From the NCBI GenBank assembly GCA_963664195.1, contig OY760907.1, positions 3,168,001 to 3,232,000 of the forward strand: a stretch of DNA of 64,000 bases. The letters are read 5' to 3'. Positions 49,677 through 59,359 of the stretch are shown here, one piece after another. The DNA is from an uncultured candidate division Zixibacteria bacterium (GTDB lineage: Bacteria; Zixibacteria; MSB-5A5; GN15; FEB-12). The notes under the pieces were generated by a model. That model made no database searches, was not told the DNA's origin, and saw only the letters and a program-made list of their open reading frames with translations. Each line of letters begins with the position of its first letter. Positions within the stretch are counted from its first letter, which is position 1. The position numbers and the translations under genes are program-made.

Positions 49677-50726
49677 GTGATCAAGGTAGCGTACGATGTC
49701 ACATCATTAGCGCAATCGCCGTTCGGCGGTATTGCGCGGGTCTGCTATCATACTCTTGATCAGGCAGGGAAGCACCCCGACATCAATCCTGTCGCCTACT
49801 ACCGAAGAGGCGAAACGGGGAACATCACTATTCCGGAAGTGAAACTTCTGAAGCCGTCAATGCTCGGCCGTTTCACGTCAGGCGAGTTTGACATCGTTCA
49901 TTCGCTGTGCCATCGTCTGTTGCCGATAAAAGGAACACGCCTCGTGTACACGTTGTATGACGCGTGGTCGCTCTACCCGAATAAGTACCAGGCACCTGAC
50001 TTCCAGAAGAAGATCGGCAAACGGATGCGAGGCGAACTGCGGAAAGTTGACGCTATCGTTTCTATAAGTGATGCAACGCACCAACGGTTTCTCGAACTTG
50101 ATCTCGTCGACAAAACGAAGTGCTCGGTCGTTCATCCCGCTGTTTCGCCGCCACCACAGTGTCCCGATTCACCGGACAACGACCGCCTGACGAGATGGAT
50201 CGAGAAGCCCTTCGTGCTTTTTGTCGGACGTCTCGAATACCGCAAGAATCTCAAGCACGTGGTTGAGGCTGTTAAGTCGCTGTCTCACTTGAATCTCATA
50301 GTTGTCGGAGAACCGGGGTACGGATACGAGGATGACGTTAGACCACATCTAGAGCTCTTTCCGCAGGACCGACTGCTGAACATCAGGCATGTCACGGTCG
50401 GAGACATGGAGCTACTATACAATCGCGCCCTCGCAACTCTGCTGCCCTCGTGGGAGGAGGGCTTCGGTTTGCCGATTCTCGAGGCCATGGCGCGCGGCTG
50501 CCCAGTCATCACTGCCAATTGCTCAGCGTCAGCCGAAGTTGCGGGGGAAGGCGGCATCCTTGTTGATCCGTCAGAGCCGGGGCAGAGCCAGAGCGCACTT
50601 CAGCACCTTCACGACGACCAGTCTTTCCGTGATGCCATGCAAGGGGCTGCGCTGAAACGTGCTGCCCAATTCAGTTGGGAGGGTTATTTCGCCAAACTTG
50701 TTGCGGTGTACGGGGCGTTGTTATAG
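49677..50726 (+). CDS. glycosyltransferase family 4 (GT-B)
   Basis: GGIARV, FVGRLEYRKN, PSWEEGFGLPILEAMARGCPVI. Confidence 0.92.
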   Translation: MIKVAYDVTSLAQSPFGGIARVCYHTLDQAGKHPDINPVAYYRRGETGNITIPEVKLLKPSMLGRFTSGEFDIVHSLCHRLLPIKGTRLVYTLYDAWSLYPNKYQAPDFQKKIGKRMRGELRKVDAIVSISDATHQRFLELDLVDKTKCSVVHPAVSPPPQCPDSPDNDRLTRWIEKPFVLFVGRLEYRKNLKHVVEAVKSLSHLNLIVVGEPGYGYEDDVRPHLELFPQDRLLNIRHVTVGDMELLYNRALATLLPSWEEGFGLPILEAMARGCPVITANCSASAEVAGEGGILVDPSEPGQSQSALQHLHDDQSFRDAMQGAALKRAAQFSWEGYFAKLVAVYGALL

Positions 50727-50926
50727 CTGACCGAAGGACCTTCAACGAGAATCAGCTTGCGTAATCCACTATTTGTATTATATTGGAACGTTGTGTCGTC
50801 GTTGGCTGTACGATACGTATCGGTCCAACTGACGATGCAAAACCGGCAATCACATAACAAGGGTCACGCCTAGCAAAAACTGCTAAAGACAGCTTAACGA
50901 ACTTGAACGTCCGTTGCGGAGGTTAT

Positions 50927-51862
50927 ATGTCTTTGGCCAGAGCAGACTGTCTTTTCTTCCTACCGATAACCTGTTTGCTCCTTTTTCTGCTACCCTCACC
51001 GGTCTTGTTAGCTGATCCGTCACTCGAACTATCTATTGATGAAGTTTCTGCCCTGGCCGGAGACCAGAGTTTCGGCCTGCCGGTTCACCTGACCAATGTG
51101 ACTGACACCATTGCGGGGATCGAGTTCTGGTTTCAACTTGATCGACCCGGAGCCGCGTTCTTTGTCCCAAAGATAGACACGGTCGGCACTTTGCTTGCCG
51201 GATGGGATTATCTCGATGTCCGGTTGATGGGCGGCTCTGATCTCGGTGTGAAAGTCACCGCGGCGGCTGACCTGACGCCTCCCATCACCAACCGTGGTTT
51301 CGGTCCCCAGTCTGGCGATACTCCTCTGCTGAAACTCCAGGTGTCGATTCCAGAGCAGCCAGATCCGATCACCGAGTTTGCACTCATTCACATAATCACG
51401 GAGGTCGAACAGTTTGGATTCGCCACTCCACAGGGAGGAGCTTTGTGTGTTGAGTGTGAGGAAGAGATTGTAACCACTTTTTTTCGCTGCACGGAATGGC
51501 ATCCCGATCCGGATAGCGGCTGTGTCAACTGGATCGAGGTCACTCAGCCGCCGATAGACTCCGCCCACACGGATACAACATACTCCTGCTGGGTTGACAC
51601 AGCATGTGTCCGTATAGACGGAGGGAGAGTGACAATCATCGATCCGGTCTGCGGCAATATCGACGGCAGCCTCGACGGGCTGGTTACTATGGGCGACCTG
51701 ACGCTTCTCATCGATCATTTGTTTATCAGCCTCGAACCTCTACGATGGCCATCAATCGGCAATGTAGACGGCTCGTCTGACGATCTGGTGACAATGGGTG
51801 ATCTTACGAAGCTAATAGACCATTTGTTTATCAGTTTGGATGACTTGGACTGCGTTGAGTGA
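50927..51862 (+). CDS. secreted cohesin-like plus dockerin-like protein A
   Basis: Signal peptide; beta-rich LPVHLTN..DTIAGIEFWFQLD domain; Cys-rich insert; duplicated GNxDGS..VTMGDL..LIDHLFI. Confidence 0.75.
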   Translation: MSLARADCLFFLPITCLLLFLLPSPVLLADPSLELSIDEVSALAGDQSFGLPVHLTNVTDTIAGIEFWFQLDRPGAAFFVPKIDTVGTLLAGWDYLDVRLMGGSDLGVKVTAAADLTPPITNRGFGPQSGDTPLLKLQVSIPEQPDPITEFALIHIITEVEQFGFATPQGGALCVECEEEIVTTFFRCTEWHPDPDSGCVNWIEVTQPPIDSAHTDTTYSCWVDTACVRIDGGRVTIIDPVCGNIDGSLDGLVTMGDLTLLIDHLFISLEPLRWPSIGNVDGSSDDLVTMGDLTKLIDHLFISLDDLDCVE

Positions 51863-52045
51863 GTAGAGGAGATACGCGTGTCCGTTTTTGCATTATGCAG
51901 TTGCTAATGGGTCGCGCACAGCATATATTAGAAATATCAACATGGACAGTCATCAGACGGTTGACGATGAGTGCGCACGGGCATGTGGTCAACGATGCAA
52001 ATCTGTAGTGTTCGTGTGCCAACGGGTAACTTATGGGATATCTCA

Positions 52046-52939
52046 ATGCGTAACACACTGAAACACAAGATTGCAATCATCACAGCGTTGACATGCGCGG
52101 TCGCGTTGGCGACTTTCTCTTCGCCGTGCGCCGACCCCGATCCGAATCAGCCCATCATGACTCTGAGGGTTGGGGACGTCATGGGAATGCCAGGCGATAC
52201 TATCCTAATGCCGGTATACATCAGTAATGTAATAGACACGGTCAGCGTTGTGGATTTTGCGATATACGCTGATCCGTCGCCGACAGTACGGATAGTGGAC
52301 ATCGTCGATGCTGAGGGTTCTCTTATCGGCCCTTGGGACTATGTAGACCACAGCTCATCCTTCACGGTTTTTGCTGTCGCAGACATTGACGTGCCGTTTA
52401 CGAACGATGTCATACTTCCCGGATCGGAGGAACAGCTCCTCGCGCTTCTGCAGGTGGCAATCACGTACGACTCCGATGTTTTGCCCTGGTCGATGGCCGT
52501 TCGGGCAGACGTATACGCAACGAGCGGATTCCCTTTCTGTGTAGACAGAGTCGATAGTTCCTTCTGCGTATGTGAGTTCTGGGTTCCACCCGATGAAACG
52601 GAGTGCATGAGTTGGCTTTCTGTCCCGGAGGGATCACACGATACGGTCTTCGTAACCGAGGGCAGGAAGTGTTTCGTTCCTGAGGGAGCCTTCGAATCTA
52701 TCGAGGGTACGCTGCTGATTGGAGGCGTGTGCGGTGATATCGACGGCAGCCTCGACGGGCTGGTTACTATGGGCGACCTGACGCTTCTCATTGATCATCT
52801 CTTCATCGGCCTCGAACCTCTACGATGGCCATCAATCGGCAACGTGGACGGGTCCGCCGACGGTCTGGTGACAATAGGTGATCTTACGAAGCTAATAGAC
52901 CATTTGTTTATCAGTTTGGATGATTTGGCGTGCCAGTAG
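52046..52939 (+). CDS. secreted cohesin-like plus dockerin-like protein B
   Basis: Signal peptide; VGDVMGMPGDTILMPVYISN; Cys-rich insert; dockerin-like C-terminus. Confidence 0.75.
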   Translation: MRNTLKHKIAIITALTCAVALATFSSPCADPDPNQPIMTLRVGDVMGMPGDTILMPVYISNVIDTVSVVDFAIYADPSPTVRIVDIVDAEGSLIGPWDYVDHSSSFTVFAVADIDVPFTNDVILPGSEEQLLALLQVAITYDSDVLPWSMAVRADVYATSGFPFCVDRVDSSFCVCEFWVPPDETECMSWLSVPEGSHDTVFVTEGRKCFVPEGAFESIEGTLLIGGVCGDIDGSLDGLVTMGDLTLLIDHLFIGLEPLRWPSIGNVDGSADGLVTIGDLTKLIDHLFISLDDLACQ

Positions 52940-53043
52940 CGCCCGATGCGAGAGCAACATCTCATTGTAGAAGATAGGATATAGCCTATTCGCGATTGCT
53001 AAGGATTAGATACAGATCAAGATTACGATCTCTGGGAGGAATC

Positions 53044-54003
53044 ATGTTCTTTAGCAATCTGCTCCGCACTGTTTTTGTATCCACACTACTCACCGTTTTC
53101 TGCCTGCATGGGCCGAGCCAATCCGCACACGCTGACCCGGAAGTTGACATTGACATATGGGTGGGCAGCGTCGTCGGACAGCCCGGTGATTCCGGGTTGG
53201 AGATTCCCGTTTATCTGACCAACCACACCGACACGGTGTCGGCCTTCGAGTTGCAGTTCCAAATGGATGACCCTAGTGTAGCGACGTTCACAGCGGACTT
53301 GGACACTGTCGGCACTCTGCTGTCTGGATGGCAGTATTTGTCATGCCGTGTCTTGACACTCGATGAAGAAGAGTTTCTTAGACTCACAGCAATCGCAAAC
53401 ATCGACAGCGGGAGCTGCGTCCCTGGGTTCGGCCCTCAATCCGGAGAGGTGCCGTTGGCCCGGTTGAGCGTATCCCTGGCGAATCTCCCGGTCCCGACCG
53501 TGGACTCTGTAGAAATCAACGTCAGCTACATCCCTCCGATTGAGTTTGAACCGCCGTGGCCGGACACATCAGAATACGACAGCTGTGCTTGGGTAATGGA
53601 CACCGCGTACTACCGCTGCAACTTCTGGGTGCCGCCGGATACGTGTCAGTGTCTCGATTGGTCGCGAGTGTACGAACCGCCGTATGACAGCCTTCATACC
53701 GATTCCACTTTCCAGTGCTGGGGGGACAGTCTGGTCGTACATACTACCCCCGGATACATTCGCATACTCTTTCCGGTCTGCGGCAATATCGACGGCAGCC
53801 TCGACGGGCTGGTTACTATGGGCGACCTGACGCTTCTCATCGATCATTTGTTTATCAGCCTTGAACCTCTGCGCTGGCCATCAATCGGCAATGTAGACGG
53901 CTCGTCTGACGATCTGGTGACAATGGGTGATCTTACGAAGCTAATAGACCATTTGTTTATCAGTTTGGATGACTTGGAGTGCCCTATGAATGGCGTGATG
54001 TAA
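53044..54003 (+). CDS. secreted cohesin-like plus dockerin-like protein C
   Basis: GGAGG RBS; signal peptide; VGSVVGQPGDSGLEIPVYLTN; Cys-rich insert; dockerin-like C-terminus. Confidence 0.75.
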   Translation: MFFSNLLRTVFVSTLLTVFCLHGPSQSAHADPEVDIDIWVGSVVGQPGDSGLEIPVYLTNHTDTVSAFELQFQMDDPSVATFTADLDTVGTLLSGWQYLSCRVLTLDEEEFLRLTAIANIDSGSCVPGFGPQSGEVPLARLSVSLANLPVPTVDSVEINVSYIPPIEFEPPWPDTSEYDSCAWVMDTAYYRCNFWVPPDTCQCLDWSRVYEPPYDSLHTDSTFQCWGDSLVVHTTPGYIRILFPVCGNIDGSLDGLVTMGDLTLLIDHLFISLEPLRWPSIGNVDGSSDDLVTMGDLTKLIDHLFISLDDLECPMNGVM

Positions 54004-54011
54004 AAAGGATA

Positions 54012-54040
54012 TGACAGACAGGCATTATGCCTGTCTGTCA
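54012..54040. repeat. perfect 13-bp inverted repeat (hairpin or terminator)
   Basis: TGACAGACAGGCA-TTA-TGCCTGTCTGTCA. Confidence 0.8.
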
Positions 54041-54165
54041 CATATAGATAACACAGACTTTGTCAAACGACACCAGGGGATGAGACGAAGCCACGATATC
54101 GGCCTTCCCGTCTCAGATGAGCCATGAATCGAGTTGATACTCATTAACGTAGATTAGGAGGAATT

Positions 54166-55131
54166 GTGTCCTTTAACAAATCATTTCGTCAGGCCTCTGT
54201 ATGCGTTCTGGTCGCTGCAATTCTGTTTTGTGGCGTTTCCATGCAAGCTATTGCGGACCCGGAGATAGATGTCCGTGTTGGCAATGTGGAGGGTGAGTTG
54301 GGGGAGACCGGAGTGCTATTGCCCATTTATATCTCCAACTATCTGGATTCCATAGCGTCCGTAGGCCTATTCCTTCAAATGGATCGCCCCAACGTCGCCT
54401 CCTTCATGGAGTCTTTCGACACCACTGGTACGCTGGTTGGAGGCTGGGATTGGATAGGTGTAGACCTTTATTCCGGCACTGGCCACGATATCAAGATTAT
54501 GGGGGCAGCAGGGGGCCTGCCCGGCGGATCGCGGGGAATCGGTCCCCAGTCGGGCGAGATTCCTTTCATCAATCTTCGCCTGGCTATGCCTGACGTTCCT
54601 GACCTATTCGAAGACAGTGCCAATATCCTGGTGAGTACGTTTGTGAGCATGTTTTCGATAGGCACGCCCGACGGACGTACACTGGGTGTATCGTACGAAG
54701 AAGTGTGGGATTCTACTTGTTTTCGATGCGAAAGCTGGGTGCCGCCTGAGTCTACCGTGTGTCTTTCCTGGCAGCAAGTTTCAGCGCCACCATATGACTC
54801 CTGCGATGTCCAGATGAACTCGATCCCCTTCATTGACACTGACAAGGTCCGCGTCGTTAGCGGATCTGTGGCCACCACGCCGCCGGTTCTGGGCAACATC
54901 GATGCCAGTCTCGACGGTCTCGTAACGATGGCCGACTTAACGATGATGATTGACCACCTGTTCATCAGTCTTCAGCCGTTGCGCTGGCCGACTTCAGGTA
55001 ACATCGACTGCTCGTCCGACGATCAGGTAACGATGGGAGACCTGACGGTGATGATCGATCATCTGTTTATCAGTTTGGATGAATTGGACTGTCCTTTGAA
55101 GCAGAACGAGGGGGCTGCTCTGCAGGACTGA
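54166..55131 (+). CDS. secreted cohesin-like plus dockerin-like protein D
   Basis: AGGAGG RBS, GTG start, signal peptide; VGNVEGELGETGVLLPIYISN; Cys-rich insert; dockerin-like C-terminus. Confidence 0.75.
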   Translation: MSFNKSFRQASVCVLVAAILFCGVSMQAIADPEIDVRVGNVEGELGETGVLLPIYISNYLDSIASVGLFLQMDRPNVASFMESFDTTGTLVGGWDWIGVDLYSGTGHDIKIMGAAGGLPGGSRGIGPQSGEIPFINLRLAMPDVPDLFEDSANILVSTFVSMFSIGTPDGRTLGVSYEEVWDSTCFRCESWVPPESTVCLSWQQVSAPPYDSCDVQMNSIPFIDTDKVRVVSGSVATTPPVLGNIDASLDGLVTMADLTMMIDHLFISLQPLRWPTSGNIDCSSDDQVTMGDLTVMIDHLFISLDELDCPLKQNEGAALQD

Positions 55132-55143
55132 GCACACAAGAAA

Positions 55144-55173
55144 ACGGCCCGGAGTCTAGACACTCCGGGCCGT
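55144..55173. terminator. intrinsic terminator between convergent genes
   Basis: ACGGCCCGGAGT-CTAGAC-ACTCCGGGCCGT 12-bp stem with a T-tract on the minus strand. Confidence 0.85.
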
Positions 55174-55200
55174 CTCTGCAAAACATCTGTTCGAAAAAAC

Positions 55201-56562
55201 CTACAAATCAAAAATCTTGCCGGGGTTCAAGATACCCTGCGGATCAAACTGCTGCTTGATCTTGCGCATAAGGTCGACCGCTGATCCGTGCTCGCGATCG
55301 AACAAGTCCTTGTGACCGAGACCGATTCCGTGTTCGCCGGATATCGTTCCACCCAATTGAAGCGTTTTCTCGATTATCAGGTTGTTGATCCTCTGCGCCG
55401 TAGCCCATTCCTCCGCGTTGTCGGGTCTCGCAAGCATCAGAGCGTGCAACAGTCCCATACCGACATGACCGAAGGCGAACATGGTGATGCCGTTTTCGTC
55501 GCCCAGCTTGTGGCAATACTCAACCATCTCCGGCAGCTTCGAAATGGGAAACGCCACGTCGTTACGCATGATGCCGTATCCGGGCTGGAAATGCTTGACG
55601 GCATCCGTCGCCCAATGGCGAATCTCCCACGGTCGGTGTCCCTCTGCAAGTTGCAGCCGTTCGGCCCCTAAATCTTCACAGATGGAATCGGCCATCTCCT
55701 CGTTTGAATCGAGAACAGCCTCGGGTCCGTGGAACTCCAGAAACAGCAGGGGAGATTCCTGCAGGCCGTACCCTTTCAACTTGTTCAGGGCCACAGTCAA
55801 GCGTCTGTCAAGAAACTCAATGGCAGCCGTATCGAGACCGTACCGTCGCATCTCAGAGACGGCTTTGGCCGCCTGGACATCGGTTTTGAACACGTACGCG
55901 GTCTGGCGACGACCCTCGGGAAGTCCGGCCAGCTTCAACGTGATCTTGGTGATGATCCCCAGCGTTCCCTCTGAACCCGACACGAGATCGACGAGATTGT
56001 ATCCGCTGGAACGTTTCACCGCCCGGTTGCCGATCCGCATGATCTCTCCGGTACCGGTTACGAGTTCCATCGCGAGCACATACTCGCGCGTCCCGCCGTA
56101 CTTGACCGAATAGATGCCGCTGGCATTGGTAGATACCATACCGCCAACGGTAGCAATGTCCCCCGACCCGCCCGGCGATGGCGGAAAGAACAAGCCTTCG
56201 TTTTTCAACTTTTCGTTCAAGTAATCGTATATCAGTCCCGGTTCAACCTCCACTTGCAGGTCCTCCGGCCACAGATTGCAGATTGCCGTCATTCGACTGA
56301 GGTCAAGCACTATGCCGTTTTCAAGCGGAATAGTGGAACCCTCAAGCGCACTTCCAGCGCCACGCGTCGTAATCGGCGTACCCGACTCGGCGCACAGCCT
56401 GACGACATGCGCCACCTCCTCGGTGTCTGTCGCCCAGGCTACAGCCAGCGGCGTCACGCCCGGCAGGGTAGACTCATCGCGTGACACAACCTGCAGTTGG
56501 TCCGCCTGAGTCGATACCTGATCCGAGGGCAGGAATTCTGCGAGCTGATCAACCAGGCTCAT
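55201..56562 (-). CDS. FAD-linked oxidase, GlcD/D-lactate dehydrogenase family
   Basis: RGAGSALEG, KYGGTREYV, GSEGTLGIIT, GTISGEHGIG, DPQGILNPGK. Confidence 0.9.
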   Translation of the reverse strand: MSLVDQLAEFLPSDQVSTQADQLQVVSRDESTLPGVTPLAVAWATDTEEVAHVVRLCAESGTPITTRGAGSALEGSTIPLENGIVLDLSRMTAICNLWPEDLQVEVEPGLIYDYLNEKLKNEGLFFPPSPGGSGDIATVGGMVSTNASGIYSVKYGGTREYVLAMELVTGTGEIMRIGNRAVKRSSGYNLVDLVSGSEGTLGIITKITLKLAGLPEGRRQTAYVFKTDVQAAKAVSEMRRYGLDTAAIEFLDRRLTVALNKLKGYGLQESPLLFLEFHGPEAVLDSNEEMADSICEDLGAERLQLAEGHRPWEIRHWATDAVKHFQPGYGIMRNDVAFPISKLPEMVEYCHKLGDENGITMFAFGHVGMGLLHALMLARPDNAEEWATAQRINNLIIEKTLQLGGTISGEHGIGLGHKDLFDREHGSAVDLMRKIKQQFDPQGILNPGKIFDL

Positions 56563-57870
56563 CTAGGCGTACAATCCTCTCAATTCAGCGGCCTTGACTA
56601 CTCGCTGGATCGACACTACAAACGCAGCCGTGCGCATTGGAACTTTGTACTTCAGAGACGTGTCCACAACTGTCCTGAACGCATTGTTCATCATGTTTTC
56701 CAGATCTTCCTGGACGCGCTCGTTGGTCCAGTAGTAGCCCATCCGGTTCTGTACCCACTCGAGATACGAGACCGCCACACCGCCAGCATTACAGAGAATA
56801 TCCGGAATGATGAACGTACCCTTCTTTTCGAGAATATCATCTGCTTCCGGCGTACACGGTCCGTTGGCACACTCGGCGATGACTTTCGCTTTCACGCGAC
56901 GGGCGTTCTTCTTTGTGATCTGGTTTTCGAGCGCAGCCGGTATTAGAATATCAACAGGCAGTTCAAGCAGTTTCATCGGATCATCAAGTCTTTCGACCTT
57001 GGCCGTCTTCTCAAAACCCTTCAGTGATTTATGCTTCTGTATGTGCTCCACCGCGAGAAGGGGATCGATACCTTCCTTGCAAAAGAATGCCCCGTCGACA
57101 TCGGAGATCGCCAGGATAGTGCATCCCTGATCGTGCAGGAGTCGAGCTGCGAAGGACCCCGCGTTGCCGTATCCTTGAATCGCTACTGTAGTATTGGACA
57201 GGTTCAATTTCAAATGTTCCGCGGCCTGGATTGCACAGAAGACCATTCCCTGGGCAGTCGCAGATTCGCGTCCGGCCGAACCTCCGAGATCAAGCGGCTT
57301 GCCTGTTACAACTGACGGTATGTAGTCACCACGATGGTGCATAGAGTAAGTATCCATAAACCAGGCCATTACCTGGGGGTTGGTGTTGACATCCGGCGCT
57401 GGGATGTCACGGTCGGGTCCAAAAAGATCAACCATCTCGGCGAAATAACGCCGTGACAGGCGCTCCATTTCGCCCATTGACAATTCACGAGGGTCGACAA
57501 TCACGCCTCCCTTGCCGCCACCCATGGGAATACCAACCACGGCGCACTTGAAAGTCATCCAGAAGGCGAGTGCTTTGACTTCATCGAGACAGACGTCAGG
57601 ATGGAACCTCACTCCACCCTTGGCCGGGCCACGGGCCACGCTGTGCTGGACGCGGTACCCTTTGAAGGCTTTGATGCTGCCGTCATCCATGCGAATCGGC
57701 AACTTGACCTCAGTGATTCGACGCGGTTCACGTATGAACTCGACCTGATCGCTGGTAAGGTTGATTGTTTTGGCCGCCCGGTCGAACTGGGCGAGAGCAT
57801 TATCAAACGCGGACACCGGTCCGCGCATCATCTGGAATTTGCTTTTTGCTGGGGATTTCTTAGTGGCCAT
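56563..57870 (-). CDS. gdhA: glutamate dehydrogenase (Glu/Leu/Phe/Val family)
   Basis: GPAKGGVRFHP, GGGKGG, DIPAPDVNT, GYGNAG, PDILCNAGGV. Confidence 0.93.
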   Translation of the reverse strand: MATKKSPAKSKFQMMRGPVSAFDNALAQFDRAAKTINLTSDQVEFIREPRRITEVKLPIRMDDGSIKAFKGYRVQHSVARGPAKGGVRFHPDVCLDEVKALAFWMTFKCAVVGIPMGGGKGGVIVDPRELSMGEMERLSRRYFAEMVDLFGPDRDIPAPDVNTNPQVMAWFMDTYSMHHRGDYIPSVVTGKPLDLGGSAGRESATAQGMVFCAIQAAEHLKLNLSNTTVAIQGYGNAGSFAARLLHDQGCTILAISDVDGAFFCKEGIDPLLAVEHIQKHKSLKGFEKTAKVERLDDPMKLLELPVDILIPAALENQITKKNARRVKAKVIAECANGPCTPEADDILEKKGTFIIPDILCNAGGVAVSYLEWVQNRMGYYWTNERVQEDLENMMNNAFRTVVDTSLKYKVPMRTAAFVVSIQRVVKAAELRGLYA

Positions 57871-58345
57871 CCCGGGGCTCCTTTCAATGGTTGGGTCCAG
57901 TTTGGCCGGATAGTATGTTGCCGCGATTAAAAAATCCAGTGAAATTTCGTGTCCCGGTTCGCAAGATCAGGGTTGCTGCACATTAGATCACCGGACGTTT
58001 TACTGCACTTTCGCGTAAGGATTTACGGCCAGACTGACCCGGCTCTGCGGCATTTATATATTGTCTGGGCGAGTTGAATTGCGTATTCTTGTCAAGTATT
58101 AGCAAACGTTGTTAACATCGGCTGTCAATCCTAATCACTCGCAAAGGGTCGCCCGGAGGGCGGATACGCTGCCTTGAGGCCTCACTGCGACGTGCAGAAC
58201 CGATTGATAAGGAATGTTGGATATTGCCTCTGAATAGTCAATAACCCCCGCGAGCAGTGTTGCGGATCAGGTGGGCAGACTGAACAAAAAGGGTAGGCAA
58301 CTCGAAGCTTTCCTTAACGCCATCACTGAAGAGGTTGAAAGCAGT

Positions 58346-58882
58346 ATGTCTCAGTGCCAGCATCAGTGGAAAATGACCAATATAGAATTCGGATTCACCG
58401 TTTGTGAACGGTGTGCCAAGACCCAGGAAGTGCGTACGTACTTCTCCCTTGAAGACACCTGGGATCAGTATGTCGAGGGCGACAATTACTGGACCATCGT
58501 TGAGAACGCTCAGACGTTCCGATTCGATCTGAAATGCACGGCCTGCAACCGTCTTGAGAAGTTCGATGAGCTAATGGGCATCATGTACTGTCCCGGCTGC
58601 ACGGATGAGTGCAAGGTAGAAATCCAGCGCAAGAAAGGTTTGGCCTCAAAGACGTTCGTGCTTGTCGCGTTCGGTTTTCTGCCCCAGGCGCTCAGCAATC
58701 CGCTCCCGCAGGACAAGCTGGATGTTCTTAGCGAGCATTTCAACCAGCGACGGGACACCAGACGGTCAACTATTAAGATAATCCCGTTCACTGATATCGA
58801 GGATATTTCGCAATGCAAGGGTGAGTTCATTCGCGATGTGGGGATGTTGTCCCTGGAACCGGAAGACAAGAAAACCCTCTAA
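58346..58882 (+). CDS. hypothetical Cys-rich protein, probably metal-binding
   Basis: CQHQW, CERC, CTAC, CPGCTDEC; first gene of the DRTGG operon. Confidence 0.7.
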   Translation: MSQCQHQWKMTNIEFGFTVCERCAKTQEVRTYFSLEDTWDQYVEGDNYWTIVENAQTFRFDLKCTACNRLEKFDELMGIMYCPGCTDECKVEIQRKKGLASKTFVLVAFGFLPQALSNPLPQDKLDVLSEHFNQRRDTRRSTIKIIPFTDIEDISQCKGEFIRDVGMLSLEPEDKKTL

Positions 58883-58929
58883 CCGTTTTTGCCAGAATTC
58901 GACTTACGAAGTCTAGTAGGAGAGCTTCG

Positions 58930-59265
58930 ATGACTACACAAGATGTGATTGAGAAGGCCGGACTGAAAGCCCTGAGTACGTTTGAACACCGGGATGTCAA
59001 CGGTGTTTTCATTTCAGATATGTTGAGCGATGTTATGGCCGGAGCCGGCATGGGAAACCTCTGGTTAACCGTGCAGACTCACAAGAACATTGTCCCGGCA
59101 GCTAACCTCGTTGATGTGTCCGCTATTGTTGTTACGAGCGGCAAATCTGTGCCGCAGGATACTATCGAATTGGCCAACGAGCACGGTATTGCCATTCTCT
59201 CGACCGAGCTTGCCACTTTTGAACTGGTTGGCAAACTGTACGGTATGGGGCTTCAAGCCAAATAG
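58930..59265 (+). CDS. DRTGG domain protein (HPr kinase N-terminal-like)
   Basis: SDMLSDVMA, LWLTVQTHKNIV. Confidence 0.85.
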   Translation: MTTQDVIEKAGLKALSTFEHRDVNGVFISDMLSDVMAGAGMGNLWLTVQTHKNIVPAANLVDVSAIVVTSGKSVPQDTIELANEHGIAILSTELATFELVGKLYGMGLQAK

Positions 59266-59359
59266 GCTTTTTCCAACTCCGGCCAGGCACATTCTATATT
59301 CGCGCCTTCTCCGCCCATAATCGGTCGGGGAAGAAGTCCCCAAAGTAAAGGCAGGGCGT

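Noticed and set aside
51643..55090. Diversity-generating retroelement (template/variable repeat pairs) among the dockerin repeats
   Set aside because: Mismatches are not adenine-specific, all copies lie in coding dockerins, and no reverse transcriptase is in the window.
57871..58345. Riboswitch or ncRNA in the gdhA divergent intergenic region
   Set aside because: Only short hairpins; no match to a family I can recognise.
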